A stretch of DNA of 64,000 nt from an uncultured bacterium (GCA_943787795.1 CALSNU010000002.1:544001-608000), one strand, 5' to 3'. Positions 9,533-19,610 are shown, counted from the stretch's first letter. Notes: a model not told the origin generated them from the sequence alone. Numbers and translations: made by a program.

Positions 9533-10561
9533 ATGGCACCCGACGAGTCGAAGAAGCTGACGCGCGCCGCCAAGCGGCAGCTCAAGCGCGAGAAGAAGGC
9601 GTCGAAGAAGAAGAGGAACTTCTTCGTCCGGGGGCTCGTGGTCCTGCTCCCCGCCGTGCTGACGATCTTCGTCTTCGCCACGGTGGTGCAGTTCGTGAAC
9701 ACGTACCTCACGAAGCCCATCAACGCGACCATCCTCACCGTCCTCGACGGGAACTCCCTGGGGTGGCAGGCCCTGGGCCTGATGGACGTGGACCCGCGGG
9801 CACAGCAGTTTGTCGACTTCGACCAGCTCCCCATCGACCTCCAGGCCCGGATCGGGCAGGGGCGGGAGCTCGGAGAGCTCGGCTCTCAGGCCGCTCAAGC
9901 CGCCATCGAGAACTTCCGCACGGACCGCTACACCTGGATCCGGAACCTGGAGAAGCTGGCCATCGACCGGGAGAAGCTGCGGTCGGCGACACCGGTCCCG
10001 GAGTGGATCGGGATCCTGCTCGCCGCGGTCATCGTGCTCTTCCTGGGGTACCTGGCGAGCGGCTTCCTGGGCCGTGGCCTGATCGCGAGCTTCGACAAGG
10101 CCCTGACCCGGATCCCCATCGTCCGGTCGGTCTACCCGTACACCAAGAAGCTGGTGGACTTCTTCCTCTCGGACAACGAGCTGGAGTTCGACACCGTGGT
10201 CGCCGCTCCGTACCCGAGCGAGGGCGTCTGGGCCATCGGCTTCGTGACCGGCGGGGGGCTCAAGAGCATCCACGCGGAGCTGGGTGGCAACTTCCTCTCG
10301 GTGTTCATTCCCACCTCGCCCATGCCGATGACCGGGTTCACCGTCTTCATCGAGGCCGAGCGCCTCATCCCGCTCGACATCTCCGTGGACGAGGCGCTAC
10401 GCGTGACGGTCTCTGCCGGTGTGCTGGTCCCCGAGAGCGAGCAGGTCTCCACCCTCGACGAGACCCACGAGCGCTGGCAGGCGTTGGGCATGGACAGCGC
10501 GACGGGCAAGCCCAAGGCCCGCAAGGGCTCCAGCGACCCCAAGGACCCCGAGGACTCCTGA
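9533..10561 (+). CDS. DUF502 family membrane protein
   Basis: FVRGLVVLLPAVLT, RIPIVRSVY, VFIPTSPMPMTGF, SVDEALRVTVSAG. Confidence 0.88.
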   Translation: MAPDESKKLTRAAKRQLKREKKASKKKRNFFVRGLVVLLPAVLTIFVFATVVQFVNTYLTKPINATILTVLDGNSLGWQALGLMDVDPRAQQFVDFDQLPIDLQARIGQGRELGELGSQAAQAAIENFRTDRYTWIRNLEKLAIDREKLRSATPVPEWIGILLAAVIVLFLGYLASGFLGRGLIASFDKALTRIPIVRSVYPYTKKLVDFFLSDNELEFDTVVAAPYPSEGVWAIGFVTGGGLKSIHAELGGNFLSVFIPTSPMPMTGFTVFIEAERLIPLDISVDEALRVTVSAGVLVPESEQVSTLDETHERWQALGMDSATGKPKARKGSSDPKDPEDS

Positions 10562-11478
10562 TGCGGCCCTTCGGCGACCGACTTCACGACGCCGTCGAAC
10601 GGGTCGGGAACCCCTGCGTCGTCGGGCTCGACCCCCACCTCGCCCACCTCCCCGACGAGTACGCGGTGGCCCGCGACCCGTCGGCCTCGAGGGCGGAGCG
10701 CGCCCGAGCCATCGGGGACTTCCTGTGCGAGATCATCGACGCCGCGGCCGGCAAGGTGCCCGCGGTGAAGCCCCAGTCGGCGTTCTTCGAGGTCTTCGGG
10801 GCGGACGGCGTGGCGGAGTTCGAGCGCGTGGTCGCCGCCTCCAAGGACGCGGGCCTGCTCGTCATCGGCGACGTCAAGCGTGGGGACATCGGGAGCACGG
10901 CGGCGGCTTATGCCCAGGCGTTCCTGCGGGGGATCGAGGGACAGGACCCGAGGACCCTCTGCGACTCCATCACGGTCAACCCCTACCTCGGGTCAGACTC
11001 CGTCGCCCCCATCGTCGACGAGTGCAGGGCCACAGGAGGCGGCATGTACGTCCTGGTGCGGACCTCGAACCCCTCCAGCGCCGAGTTCCAGGCCCTCTCC
11101 ACCGAGGGCTGCGAGGGTGGACCGGCGCTCCTGGCCGACCGCGTCGCGGGGGCCGTGGAGCGCTGGGGTCAGGACCTGGTGGGCGACAGCGGCTGGAGCT
11201 CGGTGGGCGCCGTGGTGGGGGCGACTCACCCCGACGAGCTCGCGCGGCTGCGCCGCCTGATGCCCCAGACCCCCCTGTTGCTGCCCGGCTATGGAGCCCA
11301 GGGCGCGGGCGCCGCGGACATCGTGGGCGGCTTCGGGGACGGGCTGCAGGGCGCCCTGGTGAACTCCTCCCGAGGCATCCTCTTCGCGGGCAAGAATCAG
11401 CCAGAGAAGCACTGGAAGGACGCCGCAGCCGGGGCCATGGACGCGATGGCGGCTGAGCTCCGCGCCGCGCTCCTTTGA
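10561..11478 (+). CDS. pyrF: Orotidine 5'-phosphate decarboxylase
   Basis: CVVGLDP, KPQSAFFE, DVKRGDIGST, VRTSNP, GAVVGAT, LLPGYGAQG, NSSRGI; TGATG coupling to the upstream gene. Confidence 0.95.
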   Translation: MRPFGDRLHDAVERVGNPCVVGLDPHLAHLPDEYAVARDPSASRAERARAIGDFLCEIIDAAAGKVPAVKPQSAFFEVFGADGVAEFERVVAASKDAGLLVIGDVKRGDIGSTAAAYAQAFLRGIEGQDPRTLCDSITVNPYLGSDSVAPIVDECRATGGGMYVLVRTSNPSSAEFQALSTEGCEGGPALLADRVAGAVERWGQDLVGDSGWSSVGAVVGATHPDELARLRRLMPQTPLLLPGYGAQGAGAADIVGGFGDGLQGALVNSSRGILFAGKNQPEKHWKDAAAGAMDAMAAELRAALL

Positions 11479-13163
11479 TGAAGACCCGAGTCCAGCACCT
11501 CCCCGCCGACGTCCACGGGCTCTCGGCCCTGGCGCGTGAGGGCATCTCATCCGGCGCGGCCTTCAGCCCGGTCCCCGTGATCGCCCGGCTGGAGGACATC
11601 GGGGAGCCCGACGAGCGCCTCGGCGTGGAGGAGCGCGGCGCCCTGGTGGAGCTCCTCGATGGCGGCCTCCTCGAGGCCCAGCTCGCCCTCGCACCCGCGG
11701 CCCGGGACAACCTCGAGTCGCTGCGGCGCGAGGGCGTGCCCTGCGTCCTCACGGGTCAGCAGCCGGGCTTCCTCACCTCGCCGCTCTACTGCCTCTACAA
11801 GGCCCTGCAGGCGTGCAAGGTGGCCCAGGAGCTCTCCCGCCGCTGGGGAGTCCCCGTGGTCCCCGTCTTCTGGAATCACGCCGACGACCACGACATCGCC
11901 GAGGTGCATCACGCCTGGCAGCTCAACCGGAACCTGGACCTCCAGAAGGTGGGGCTCGCCGGGCTCGCCTCGGGGCGCACCCCGGTGGGCGAGCTGCCCA
12001 TCAGCGCCGAGGCCCAGAGGCTCGACGCGGTCAGAGCCCAGCTACGGGGCGTCGTCGAGGAGCACGCCGGGGCGGACGCCGCCCTGGACCTGTTCTTGCC
12101 GCGGGATGGAGAGACCCTTGCGCGGGCCTTCTCGAGGACCCTCAACGAGCTCGCCGGCCACCACGGCCTCGTCGTGTGCGAGCCCGCCTGGATCCGCCCG
12201 ACCCTCTCCAGTGAGATGGCTCGGCTGGTGTCGGGACCCGGTGCCTCGATGGGCCTGGCGGACGCCCTGCGCGCAGGCGAGGCCGAGCTCGCCGACCTGG
12301 GGCTCGCGACCGCGATCCCCGTGGACGGCCGAGACCGAGACCCGGGCGCTGCGCTGGTCTACCAGCACCTCGACGCCGAGGGAGCTTCGCGGGCGGAGCG
12401 CACCGCGCACCGCGCGAGCCCCGGTGGCTTCCTGAGGGACGGGGACGCCGGCGAGCGGACCGCGGCGGAGGTCGGCAGCCTGATCGTGGGTGAGCCGGGA
12501 CGCTGGTCCGCGGGCGCGCTGGTCCGCCCCCTGGTCCAGGACGCCGTCTTCCCCACCTGCGCCTACATCGGCGGACTCGGCGAGCTCGCCTACCACGCCC
12601 AGCTCGGACCCGCCCGCGACCGCGCGGGGCAGCCCAGGACCCCCTTCGTGCCGCGGGTCTCCCTGACCCTCGTGGATGGGGACACCCGCTATGCCCTCGG
12701 CCGGGTCGAGGCCGGGGTTGAGGAGGTGCTGCGTGCCTCGGGCTCCTTCACGCCCGCGACCGAGGAATACGGCGAGCCCGAGGTCATCAGCGCCCTCCGC
12801 CGGGTCAGCGAGGAGGCCTCGGCCGCCCTGACCGCCCACCGCTCGGAGCTCGCGGAGCTCGAGCCAGCCCTCGGCATCACCCTCAAGAAGACCGCCGAGC
12901 ACGTGCGCAGCTCCATCGGCAAGGTGATCGACAAGGCCACCCGCGTGCACCAGAACCGCGCCGGCAAGGGCGCGCGCCAGGTGCGTCGGGTCAACCACAC
13001 CCTCATGCCCCGCGGCGTGCCCCAGGAGCGCGTCGTCGGGCCGTTCCAGTTCGTGGCGCGCTTCGGGCCCGACTTCGTGGACGCCCTCTGGCGCGAGCTC
13101 CCTCCCGCCGCCACCGAACACCTCGTCCTCCATCTGGAGGACGACGAAGGAGACCCGCAATGA
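11478..13163 (+). CDS. bshC: Bacillithiol biosynthesis cysteine-adding enzyme BshC
   Basis: TGQQPGFLTSPLYCLYKAL, VPVFWNHADDHDIAEV, RPLVQDAVFPT, GLGELAYHAQL, PQERV. Confidence 0.9.
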   Translation: MKTRVQHLPADVHGLSALAREGISSGAAFSPVPVIARLEDIGEPDERLGVEERGALVELLDGGLLEAQLALAPAARDNLESLRREGVPCVLTGQQPGFLTSPLYCLYKALQACKVAQELSRRWGVPVVPVFWNHADDHDIAEVHHAWQLNRNLDLQKVGLAGLASGRTPVGELPISAEAQRLDAVRAQLRGVVEEHAGADAALDLFLPRDGETLARAFSRTLNELAGHHGLVVCEPAWIRPTLSSEMARLVSGPGASMGLADALRAGEAELADLGLATAIPVDGRDRDPGAALVYQHLDAEGASRAERTAHRASPGGFLRDGDAGERTAAEVGSLIVGEPGRWSAGALVRPLVQDAVFPTCAYIGGLGELAYHAQLGPARDRAGQPRTPFVPRVSLTLVDGDTRYALGRVEAGVEEVLRASGSFTPATEEYGEPEVISALRRVSEEASAALTAHRSELAELEPALGITLKKTAEHVRSSIGKVIDKATRVHQNRAGKGARQVRRVNHTLMPRGVPQERVVGPFQFVARFGPDFVDALWRELPPAATEHLVLHLEDDEGDPQ

Positions 13164-13891
13164 CAACGCTCGACGTGCTCGTGATCGCCGCTCACCCGGA
13201 CGACGCGGAGATCTCCGCCGGCGGGACCATCCTCCGGCTCGTCGACGCCGGCGCGCGCGTCGGCGTGCTCGACGTGACCCGCGGCGAGATGGGGACGCGC
13301 GGGACCCGTGATGACCGCGACGCCGAGACGGCCCGCGCCACCGAGGTGCTGGGGCTCGCCTGGCGCGGCAACCTGAACCTGCCGGACGGCAGGGTCCAGG
13401 CCGCGCCCGAGGCCCGCGAGGAGGTCGCTCGCCACCTGCGGGAGCTCGCGCCCGACCTCGTCCTCGCGCACCACGCCCACGACCCCCACCCCGACCACGA
13501 GGCGAGCGCCCTGCTCGCCCGCCAGGGGTGGTACCTCTCGGGACTCGGTCAGCTGGCCAAGCAGGCCGGCGGGCCCGCCGCGCGTCGCCCCGCGCAGCTC
13601 GCGCACTTCATGTCCCACGTCCCCTTCGAGCCGACCTTCATCGTCGACATCGAACCGGTCTGGGAGCGCAAGCGCGAGGCCATCCTGGCCTACGCCACCC
13701 AGCTCGAGCGGTCCGACGAGGGCGACGAGGGCAAGCACCTGCTCTACGGGGCCGACATCCTCGAGCGCGTGGAGACCAAGGCTCGCACCTACGGCGAGCG
13801 GATCCGCCGCCGCTACGGGGAGCCGCTGCTGACCACCGAGCCCGTCGCGCTCGACTCGCCGTTGATCCGCTGGCTTGGCGCCCGGCGCTGA
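13160..13891 (+). CDS. bshB1: N-acetylglucosaminyl-malate deacetylase BshB1 (PIG-L family)
   Basis: AAHPDDAE, TRGEMGTRG, HPDH; overlaps bshC. Confidence 0.88.
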   Translation: MTTLDVLVIAAHPDDAEISAGGTILRLVDAGARVGVLDVTRGEMGTRGTRDDRDAETARATEVLGLAWRGNLNLPDGRVQAAPEAREEVARHLRELAPDLVLAHHAHDPHPDHEASALLARQGWYLSGLGQLAKQAGGPAARRPAQLAHFMSHVPFEPTFIVDIEPVWERKREAILAYATQLERSDEGDEGKHLLYGADILERVETKARTYGERIRRRYGEPLLTTEPVALDSPLIRWLGARR

Positions 13892-14024
13892 GCGAGCCCC
13901 CCCTTCCGGCGCCCCCCCGCACCGCACCTCCCCTGCAGCCTCTGGCCACGTTCCACGCCCCGCAGCCGTGGGAACTGGGTCCAATTGCGCCTATCCTCTG
14001 AGCCCAAGCCTTCCGAGAGCCACC

Positions 14025-14801
14025 ATGCAGAACACCTCCAACAACCCCGTCCTGAAGGATTCCGTCTTCAGCGGGACCTCGTTCCAGTCGCAGAGCGGCG
14101 CCGTCGCGACCCAGATGACCGTGCAGGGCACGATGGCGAAGACCGCCTTCCTGCTGCTCGCCGTCATGCTGTCGGCGGCCTACACGTGGAAGCTCGCCAT
14201 CGACGACCCCGGCAAGGCCATGCCCTGGATGATCGGCGGCGGACTCGTCGGCTTCATCGTCGCCATGGTGATCAGCTTCAAGCCGAGGTTGGCGCCTTCG
14301 CTGGCGGTCCCCTACGCCCTCCTGGAGGGCCTCTTCCTGGGGGCCATCTCCGCGTTCATCGCCCAGAGGGTGCCCGCCGACTCCGGCATCGGGGGCGGCA
14401 TCGTCTTCCAGGCCGTGGTGCTGACCTTCACCACCGCGCTCTCGATGCTCGCGCTCTATGCCTTCCGTATCATCCGCGTCACCGAGAAGCTGCGCTCCAT
14501 CGTCATGGCGGCCACGGGCGCGGTGATGCTGTTCTACCTCGTCTCGTTCGCGCTCAGCCTCTTCGGCGTGCAGATGGCCATGCTGCACGGCTCAGGAACC
14601 CTGAGCATTGGCATCTCCCTCTTCGTCATCGGGCTGGCCGCCTTCAACCTGCTGCTCGACTTCGACTTCATCGAGCGGGGGGCCCGCCACGGGGCGCCCA
14701 AGGCCATGGAGTGGTTCGGCGCCTTCGCGCTGATGGTCACCCTGGTCTGGCTCTACCTCGAGATTCTGCGCTTGCTCGCGAAGTTCAGCCGACGAGACTG
14801 A
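14025..14801 (+). CDS. Bax inhibitor-1/YccA family membrane protein
   Basis: MTVQGTMAKT, YALLEGLFLGAIS, NLLLDFDFIE, TLVWLYLEILRLL. Confidence 0.92.
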   Translation: MQNTSNNPVLKDSVFSGTSFQSQSGAVATQMTVQGTMAKTAFLLLAVMLSAAYTWKLAIDDPGKAMPWMIGGGLVGFIVAMVISFKPRLAPSLAVPYALLEGLFLGAISAFIAQRVPADSGIGGGIVFQAVVLTFTTALSMLALYAFRIIRVTEKLRSIVMAATGAVMLFYLVSFALSLFGVQMAMLHGSGTLSIGISLFVIGLAAFNLLLDFDFIERGARHGAPKAMEWFGAFALMVTLVWLYLEILRLLAKFSRRD

Positions 14802-14837
14802 CCCCTGCGCGGGACGGCGAGGTGGAGGACCGGCCGG

Positions 14838-15452
14838 CTAGTGGTCGGTGAACAGGTACCACCAGCCGTCCCGGACCGGCGCCGCCAGCAGCAGGTCGAC
14901 GCCGGGGGGGCTGCCCTCCTTCATCCGGGTCGGGCCCCGTTCGAGCAGGACGTGCTCCACGGGTTCCTCCGTCGAGAGGGGGAGCGCAGCGCGCTCATCC
15001 GTGGAGCGCGCCGGATCCTCGAGCACGAAGCGGCCGTGACCGTTGAGGCTGCGGTCGCTCTCGATCGGGACGATCGCCGCGCCCTGCCCCGGGGGGTCGA
15101 GCCGGGCGAAGGCTCGCTCCACCGGCCCGTCCAGGAAGCGCAGCGAGGAGAGGCGGGCGGTGCCGAACAACAGCGCGAGCCCGAGGACCGAGCAGGCGAG
15201 GAACACGCCCGCGATGCGCCGCCGTGGATAGGAGACCGACATCCGGACGAACGCGAACATCAGCCCGCAGGCGAGCCAGGTCGGCACGAAGACCAGGAAC
15301 AGCGTGCCGAGTCCCCACTGCTCCCCCGGCAGGAGCTGGAGCCGGAAGTAGAGGGACAGGCCGCCGGGGACGAGGGCCCAGGCCATGAAGGTCAGCACCG
15401 AGAGCCGGTTCGCGGCGGCGGGCCGGAGGCCGATCCTGTTCGTGGGTTCCAT
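14838..15452 (-). CDS. Hypothetical membrane protein
   Basis: Three hydrophobic segments followed by a soluble domain ending DGWWYLFTDH. Confidence 0.6.
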   Translation of the reverse strand: MEPTNRIGLRPAAANRLSVLTFMAWALVPGGLSLYFRLQLLPGEQWGLGTLFLVFVPTWLACGLMFAFVRMSVSYPRRRIAGVFLACSVLGLALLFGTARLSSLRFLDGPVERAFARLDPPGQGAAIVPIESDRSLNGHGRFVLEDPARSTDERAALPLSTEEPVEHVLLERGPTRMKEGSPPGVDLLLAAPVRDGWWYLFTDH

Positions 15453-15576
15453 GGGCAACGGGCGGGCCGAGCGGCGCTCGAAGAACCCTAATTCGAAGTG
15501 CGTGGAGAAACCAACGCCATCCCCCCCCGGCTCCCGGCGCGGGCGAGCCCCCGGGGGTAGACTGCGGGCCGAGCTC

Positions 15577-17229
15577 ATGCGGCGAATTGCGATCATCAAC
15601 CAGAAGGGCGGAGTCGGAAAGACCACCACCGCCGTCAACCTCGGCGCGGCCCTGGCGCGCCTGGGCCGCCGGGTCCTCGTGGTCGACATGGACCCCCAGG
15701 CGAACGCGTCCCAGAACCTGGGCGCCGAGCTCGAGCCGGGCGAGCCCTCGACCTACTCCCTCCTGACCCAGGCGGGGAGTGTCGCTGACACCGTCCGGGG
15801 CACCTCGACGCCCGGGCTCTCGGTGCTACCCGCCCACCTCGATCTGTCGGGCGCCGAGCTCGAGCTGGCGAGCGCCATCGGGCGGGAGAGCATCCTCAAG
15901 GACGCGCTCGACGACTGGGAGAACGAGGAGCTGGAGCGCAGCGGCCGATCGCCCGCCGACATCGTGCTCATCGACAATCCCCCGAGCCTTGGGCTCCTGT
16001 CGGTGAACGGGCTGACGGCCTCGAGCGAGGTCCTGATCGCCGTGCAGACCGAGTTCTTCGCTCTCCAGGGGCTGAGCAAGCTGGTCGAGATCGTCCAGCT
16101 CTTGCGGCGTCGGATGAAGCCCGATCTCGAGATCACCGGCGTGCTGGCGTGCATGTACGACAGCCGCCTGCGCCTCGCGCGGGAGGTGCTCGGGGAGCTG
16201 CGATCGCACTTCCCAGAGCAGCTCTTCAAGCGGCCCATCGCCCAGAACGTGAAGCTCGCCGAGACCCCGAGCTTCTCCCGGACCATCTTCGAGTACGCGC
16301 CTGAGTCCAAGGGCGCAGAGGACTACCTGGCTGTGGCCCGGGAGTTCCTCGAACGAGAGGGTGCTGAGTCCGAGGACGAGAGCCGCTCCGTCGAGGCCCC
16401 ACCAGGCGCGCGGCCGAGAGGGCCGCACCTGGACTGGCTGGCCGCCCAGACCCTGATCGCCGCCCCCGCAGACCCGAGGGGTCTCCCGGCCGACGATGTC
16501 CCGGGCCCGTCCCCCGCGGTGGCCGGAGCCGCGCCCCCGTCTACCGCGCCCCCATCTACCGAGGTCGTGGGCGATGAGGGTCCAGCGGCCGAGCCCGCGG
16601 CGACCGAGCCCGTTCCGGCAGCGGCTCCCTCCCTTGGAGCTCCGACCGATGAGCCCCCGGCTGCTGAGGCTCCGGCTGCTGAGGCCCTGACCGCTGAGAC
16701 CTCGACAGCCGAGAATCCGGCAAGCGAGGAGCCGACCGCCCAGACCGTGACGTCCGGCGTACTCGTCGACTCCCGGGGCAGCCTTGGAGACGAGGCGGCT
16801 CCACCCGACGGCTGCCGGCCTGAGCCGGAGCCTGAGCCTGAGAGCAGGGTCAGGATGAGCGCTGAGCCTGGGGCCGAAGAAGAGGACCCCGTCGTGGCTG
16901 AAGCGCTCGCGCCACGGGCCGCTGAAGACCCCGATAGCGGCCCCCCAGGGGAGATCGAAGGAACGGCCCAAGCCGCTGAAGGGAAACCTCTTACGGCCGC
17001 CAATCCTGACGCGGGCGCGCCGGCGCAGCCTCCGGAGAGGCCGGTCTACGCCAAGGGCTCGCGGGCCGCGGAGCGGGGCCTTGAGCGGGCGCCCTGGACG
17101 TCGGGGTCCACTGAGAAGTCCACTTGGAGGTCCACCGCGGAATCCACCGCGGCATCCACTGAGGGGTTCTCTGAGGGGTCCGCCGTGGACCCCTCAGGGG
17201 CATCGCCGGTGGAGCCTGCGACCCGGTGA
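15577..17229 (+). CDS. parA: ParA/Soj family ATPase with a long low-complexity C-terminal extension
   Basis: NQKGGVGKTTT deviant Walker A, DMDPQANAS, IDNPPSLG, EFFALQGL; core ends ~16350, then ~290 aa rich in Pro/Ala/Glu/Ser. Confidence 0.88.
   Translation: MRRIAIINQKGGVGKTTTAVNLGAALARLGRRVLVVDMDPQANASQNLGAELEPGEPSTYSLLTQAGSVADTVRGTSTPGLSVLPAHLDLSGAELELASAIGRESILKDALDDWENEELERSGRSPADIVLIDNPPSLGLLSVNGLTASSEVLIAVQTEFFALQGLSKLVEIVQLLRRRMKPDLEITGVLACMYDSRLRLAREVLGELRSHFPEQLFKRPIAQNVKLAETPSFSRTIFEYAPESKGAEDYLAVAREFLEREGAESEDESRSVEAPPGARPRGPHLDWLAAQTLIAAPADPRGLPADDVPGPSPAVAGAAPPSTAPPSTEVVGDEGPAAEPAATEPVPAAAPSLGAPTDEPPAAEAPAAEALTAETSTAENPASEEPTAQTVTSGVLVDSRGSLGDEAAPPDGCRPEPEPEPESRVRMSAEPGAEEEDPVVAEALAPRAAEDPDSGPPGEIEGTAQAAEGKPLTAANPDAGAPAQPPERPVYAKGSRAAERGLERAPWTSGSTEKSTWRSTAESTAASTEGFSEGSAVDPSGASPVEPATR
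17107..17190 (+). repeat. 12-bp degenerate tandem repeat (x7) in the ParA tail
   Basis: tccactgagaag/tccacttggagg/tccaccgcggaa/tccaccgcggca/tccactgagggg/ttctctgagggg/tccgccgtggac. Confidence 0.75.
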
Positions 17230-17302
17230 ACCCGTCTCAGGTCGCGGGATTTCGCAGCACGCGGACCCTCGACGAACGGCGGCCGCCGACCATGATCGTC
17301 CC

Positions 17303-18448
17303 ATGCGTATCGGGATCCTCTGTCACCCCACCTACGGCGGCTCCGGCGTCGTGGCGAGCGAGCTCGCCCTGTCCCTCGCGGAGAACGACCACCGGGTGCA
17401 CCTGTTCTCGCACGACATGCCCCCACGCCTCGCGCGGGCCCCGGGCCCCGTCGAGGTGCACGTGGCCCAGGGCAGCCCCTACCCCCTCTTCCACTCCACG
17501 CCCCACGACCTCGCGATCATGTCGAGGGTTCTGGACCTCCATCGCAGCGAGGGGCTCGACGTGCTCCACGCTCACTACGCGCTCCCCCATGCCGTCAGCG
17601 CGCTCCAGGTTCGCTCGGCAGCCGTCGAGGCTGGGCTCGAGCCGCTGAAGGTGGTGACCACCCTGCACGGAACGGACATCACCCTTGTGGGAAACGACCC
17701 GAGCTACGCGCCGCTCACGCGCTACGCCATCGCGGCCTCGGACGCGGTGACGGCGGTCTCGGAGGACCTGCGGCAGCGCACGACGGATAACTTCGACGGC
17801 GTCCCGCCCTGTGGGATCGAGGTGATCCCGAACTTCGTGGACCTCGAGGAGTTCTGCCCTGGCGCGCCACGCTCGGCGCGGCCGACGGCTGTTCACGTGA
17901 GCAACTTCCGAAAGGTGAAGCGTGTCCCGTGGCTCGTCGAGGCCTTCGCCATGGCCCTCGAGCAGCTCGCCGCCCGCGGCGCCAACGCCGACGCCGAGCT
18001 CATCCTGGTGGGGGATGGGCCGCAGCTGGGCGAGGCGCGACGCGTCGCCCAGCAGCGCAACCTCGAGGGACATGTGAAGTTCCTCGGACTTCGAGACGCT
18101 CTCCCAGACCTCCTCAGCCCGGCCGACGCCTTCTGCGTGGCGAGCACCGAGGAGTCCTTCGGGCTCTCCGCACTCGAGGCCATGGCCTGCGGCACGGCCG
18201 TCATCGGGACGTGCGTCGGGGGCCTACCCGAGGTGGTCGAGGACGGCGTGTCGGGGCTGCTCTCGCCCGTCGAGGACCTGGAGGGGTTCGCCGGGCACCT
18301 CGCCTCCGTCCTCGAGGACCGGGAGCGCTCGGCCGCCATGGGCGCGGCGGCACGGGAACGCGCCATGGGCATGTTCGACCGCCGCCGGGTCGTCCGGCTC
18401 TACGAGCAGCTGTACCGGCGGCTGATCAACGGCGACTGCGACCGCTGA
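17303..18448 (+). CDS. bshA: N-acetyl-alpha-D-glucosaminyl L-malate synthase BshA (GT4)
   Basis: MRIGILCHPTYGGSGVVASEL, HAHYALPHA, TTLHGTDITLVG, HVSNFRKVKR, ESFGLSALEAM. Confidence 0.95.
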   Translation: MRIGILCHPTYGGSGVVASELALSLAENDHRVHLFSHDMPPRLARAPGPVEVHVAQGSPYPLFHSTPHDLAIMSRVLDLHRSEGLDVLHAHYALPHAVSALQVRSAAVEAGLEPLKVVTTLHGTDITLVGNDPSYAPLTRYAIAASDAVTAVSEDLRQRTTDNFDGVPPCGIEVIPNFVDLEEFCPGAPRSARPTAVHVSNFRKVKRVPWLVEAFAMALEQLAARGANADAELILVGDGPQLGEARRVAQQRNLEGHVKFLGLRDALPDLLSPADAFCVASTEESFGLSALEAMACGTAVIGTCVGGLPEVVEDGVSGLLSPVEDLEGFAGHLASVLEDRERSAAMGAAARERAMGMFDRRRVVRLYEQLYRRLINGDCDR

Positions 18449-18454
18449 GGGGCC

Positions 18455-19594
18455 ATGAATCGCATCCACCTGGACTACAACGCCACCACCCCCCTGCGCC
18501 CTGAGGCCAGAGAGGCGCTCCTCGGGGCCGTGGACGGAGGGCTGGGCAACGCGTCGAGCGTCCACGGCGCGGGCCGCCGGGGCCGCGCGGCGGTGGATGA
18601 GGCCCGTGAGCGAGTCGCGGCCGCACTCGAGGTGCCAGAGGACAGCGTGGTCTTCACCAGCGGCGGAACCGAGTCCAACAACCTGGCCATCTTTGGCGCC
18701 CTCCGGGCCGGCCCCGCCGACATGTGCCTGGTGACCTCGACCATCGAGCACGCCGCCGTTCAGGGTCCCGCCCTCCACCTCGAGTCCCGCTCGCGCGAGG
18801 TGCGCTGGATCGGGGTCGACGCGCAGGGCGCCCTCGACCTGGACGCCCTCGGAGCGGCGGTCGCCGGCCGCCCTGCGCTGGTGTCCGTGATGGGCGCCAA
18901 CAACGAGATCGGCTCGACGACCGATCTGCGAGAGGTCCGGGCCAGAATCGGAGAGGACGGAGTTTTCCACAGTGATGTCGTGCAGTTGCTGGGCAAGAAA
19001 CACCTCGACCTGACGGGGTCTGGCGTCGACCTCGCGAGCCTCTCTGCCCACAAGGTTGGAGGCCCCATCGGCGTAGGAGTTCTCTTCCGCCGACCCGGCG
19101 CGCCCATCGCCCCGACGACCTTCGGCGGCTCCCAGGAGGCCGAGCTTCGCCCGGGCACAGAGAACGTCCCCGCGATCGCCGCTGCGGCCGTGGCGATCGA
19201 GCTCGCCGTGAAGGAGACCGAGGCCTTCCAGCGCGAGACCAGCCGCCTCACGGCGCTCCTGTGGGATGGCCTGCGCTCCAAGGTCCCGGGCATGAGCCTC
19301 AACGGCCCCCCCATTGAGGACCCGACCCGACTTCCCAACACCGTCAATGTCTCGGCTCCTGCGGGCGACGCGCGGACCCTCGTCGCACGCCTCGACCTCG
19401 CGGGGCTGGAGGTCTCCGCCGGCTCTGCCTGCGCGAGCGGCTCGCTCGAACCATCCCACGTGCTCAGCGCCCTCGCTATTGACCCCGAGCGCGCGAGGAG
19501 CGGCCTCCGGCTGTCCCTCGGCAAGGCCTCCCTGGAGCAAGATATCCACACCTGTGTGGAGCGTTTGGGGAGAACTTTGGGGGGAGCGCCGTAA
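18455..19594 (+). CDS. Cysteine desulfurase (IscS/NifS family)
   Basis: LDYNATTP, FTSGGTESNN, SAHKVGGP (PLP lysine), SAGSACAS. Confidence 0.93.
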   Translation: MNRIHLDYNATTPLRPEAREALLGAVDGGLGNASSVHGAGRRGRAAVDEARERVAAALEVPEDSVVFTSGGTESNNLAIFGALRAGPADMCLVTSTIEHAAVQGPALHLESRSREVRWIGVDAQGALDLDALGAAVAGRPALVSVMGANNEIGSTTDLREVRARIGEDGVFHSDVVQLLGKKHLDLTGSGVDLASLSAHKVGGPIGVGVLFRRPGAPIAPTTFGGSQEAELRPGTENVPAIAAAAVAIELAVKETEAFQRETSRLTALLWDGLRSKVPGMSLNGPPIEDPTRLPNTVNVSAPAGDARTLVARLDLAGLEVSAGSACASGSLEPSHVLSALAIDPERARSGLRLSLGKASLEQDIHTCVERLGRTLGGAP

Positions 19595-19610
19595 GTCTCG
19601 GTTCTCCACC
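19542..19610. promoter_or_regulatory. DnaA-box-like cluster upstream of dnaA
   Basis: ATATCCACA 19542, TGTGGAGCG 19555, TGGGGAGAA 19566, TTCTCCACC 19602 versus consensus TTATCCACA. Confidence 0.5.

Noticed and set aside
9469..10560. 669-aa ORF suggesting an N-terminally extended PyrF (likewise the extensions at 5370, 17081 and 30384)
   Set aside because: The extensions overlap real upstream genes in another frame and are Arg/Pro/Gly-rich shadow translations
17890..17904. parS-like palindrome gttcacgtgagc
   Set aside because: Poor match to TGTTTCACGTGAAACA and explained by the conserved BshA VHVSN codons
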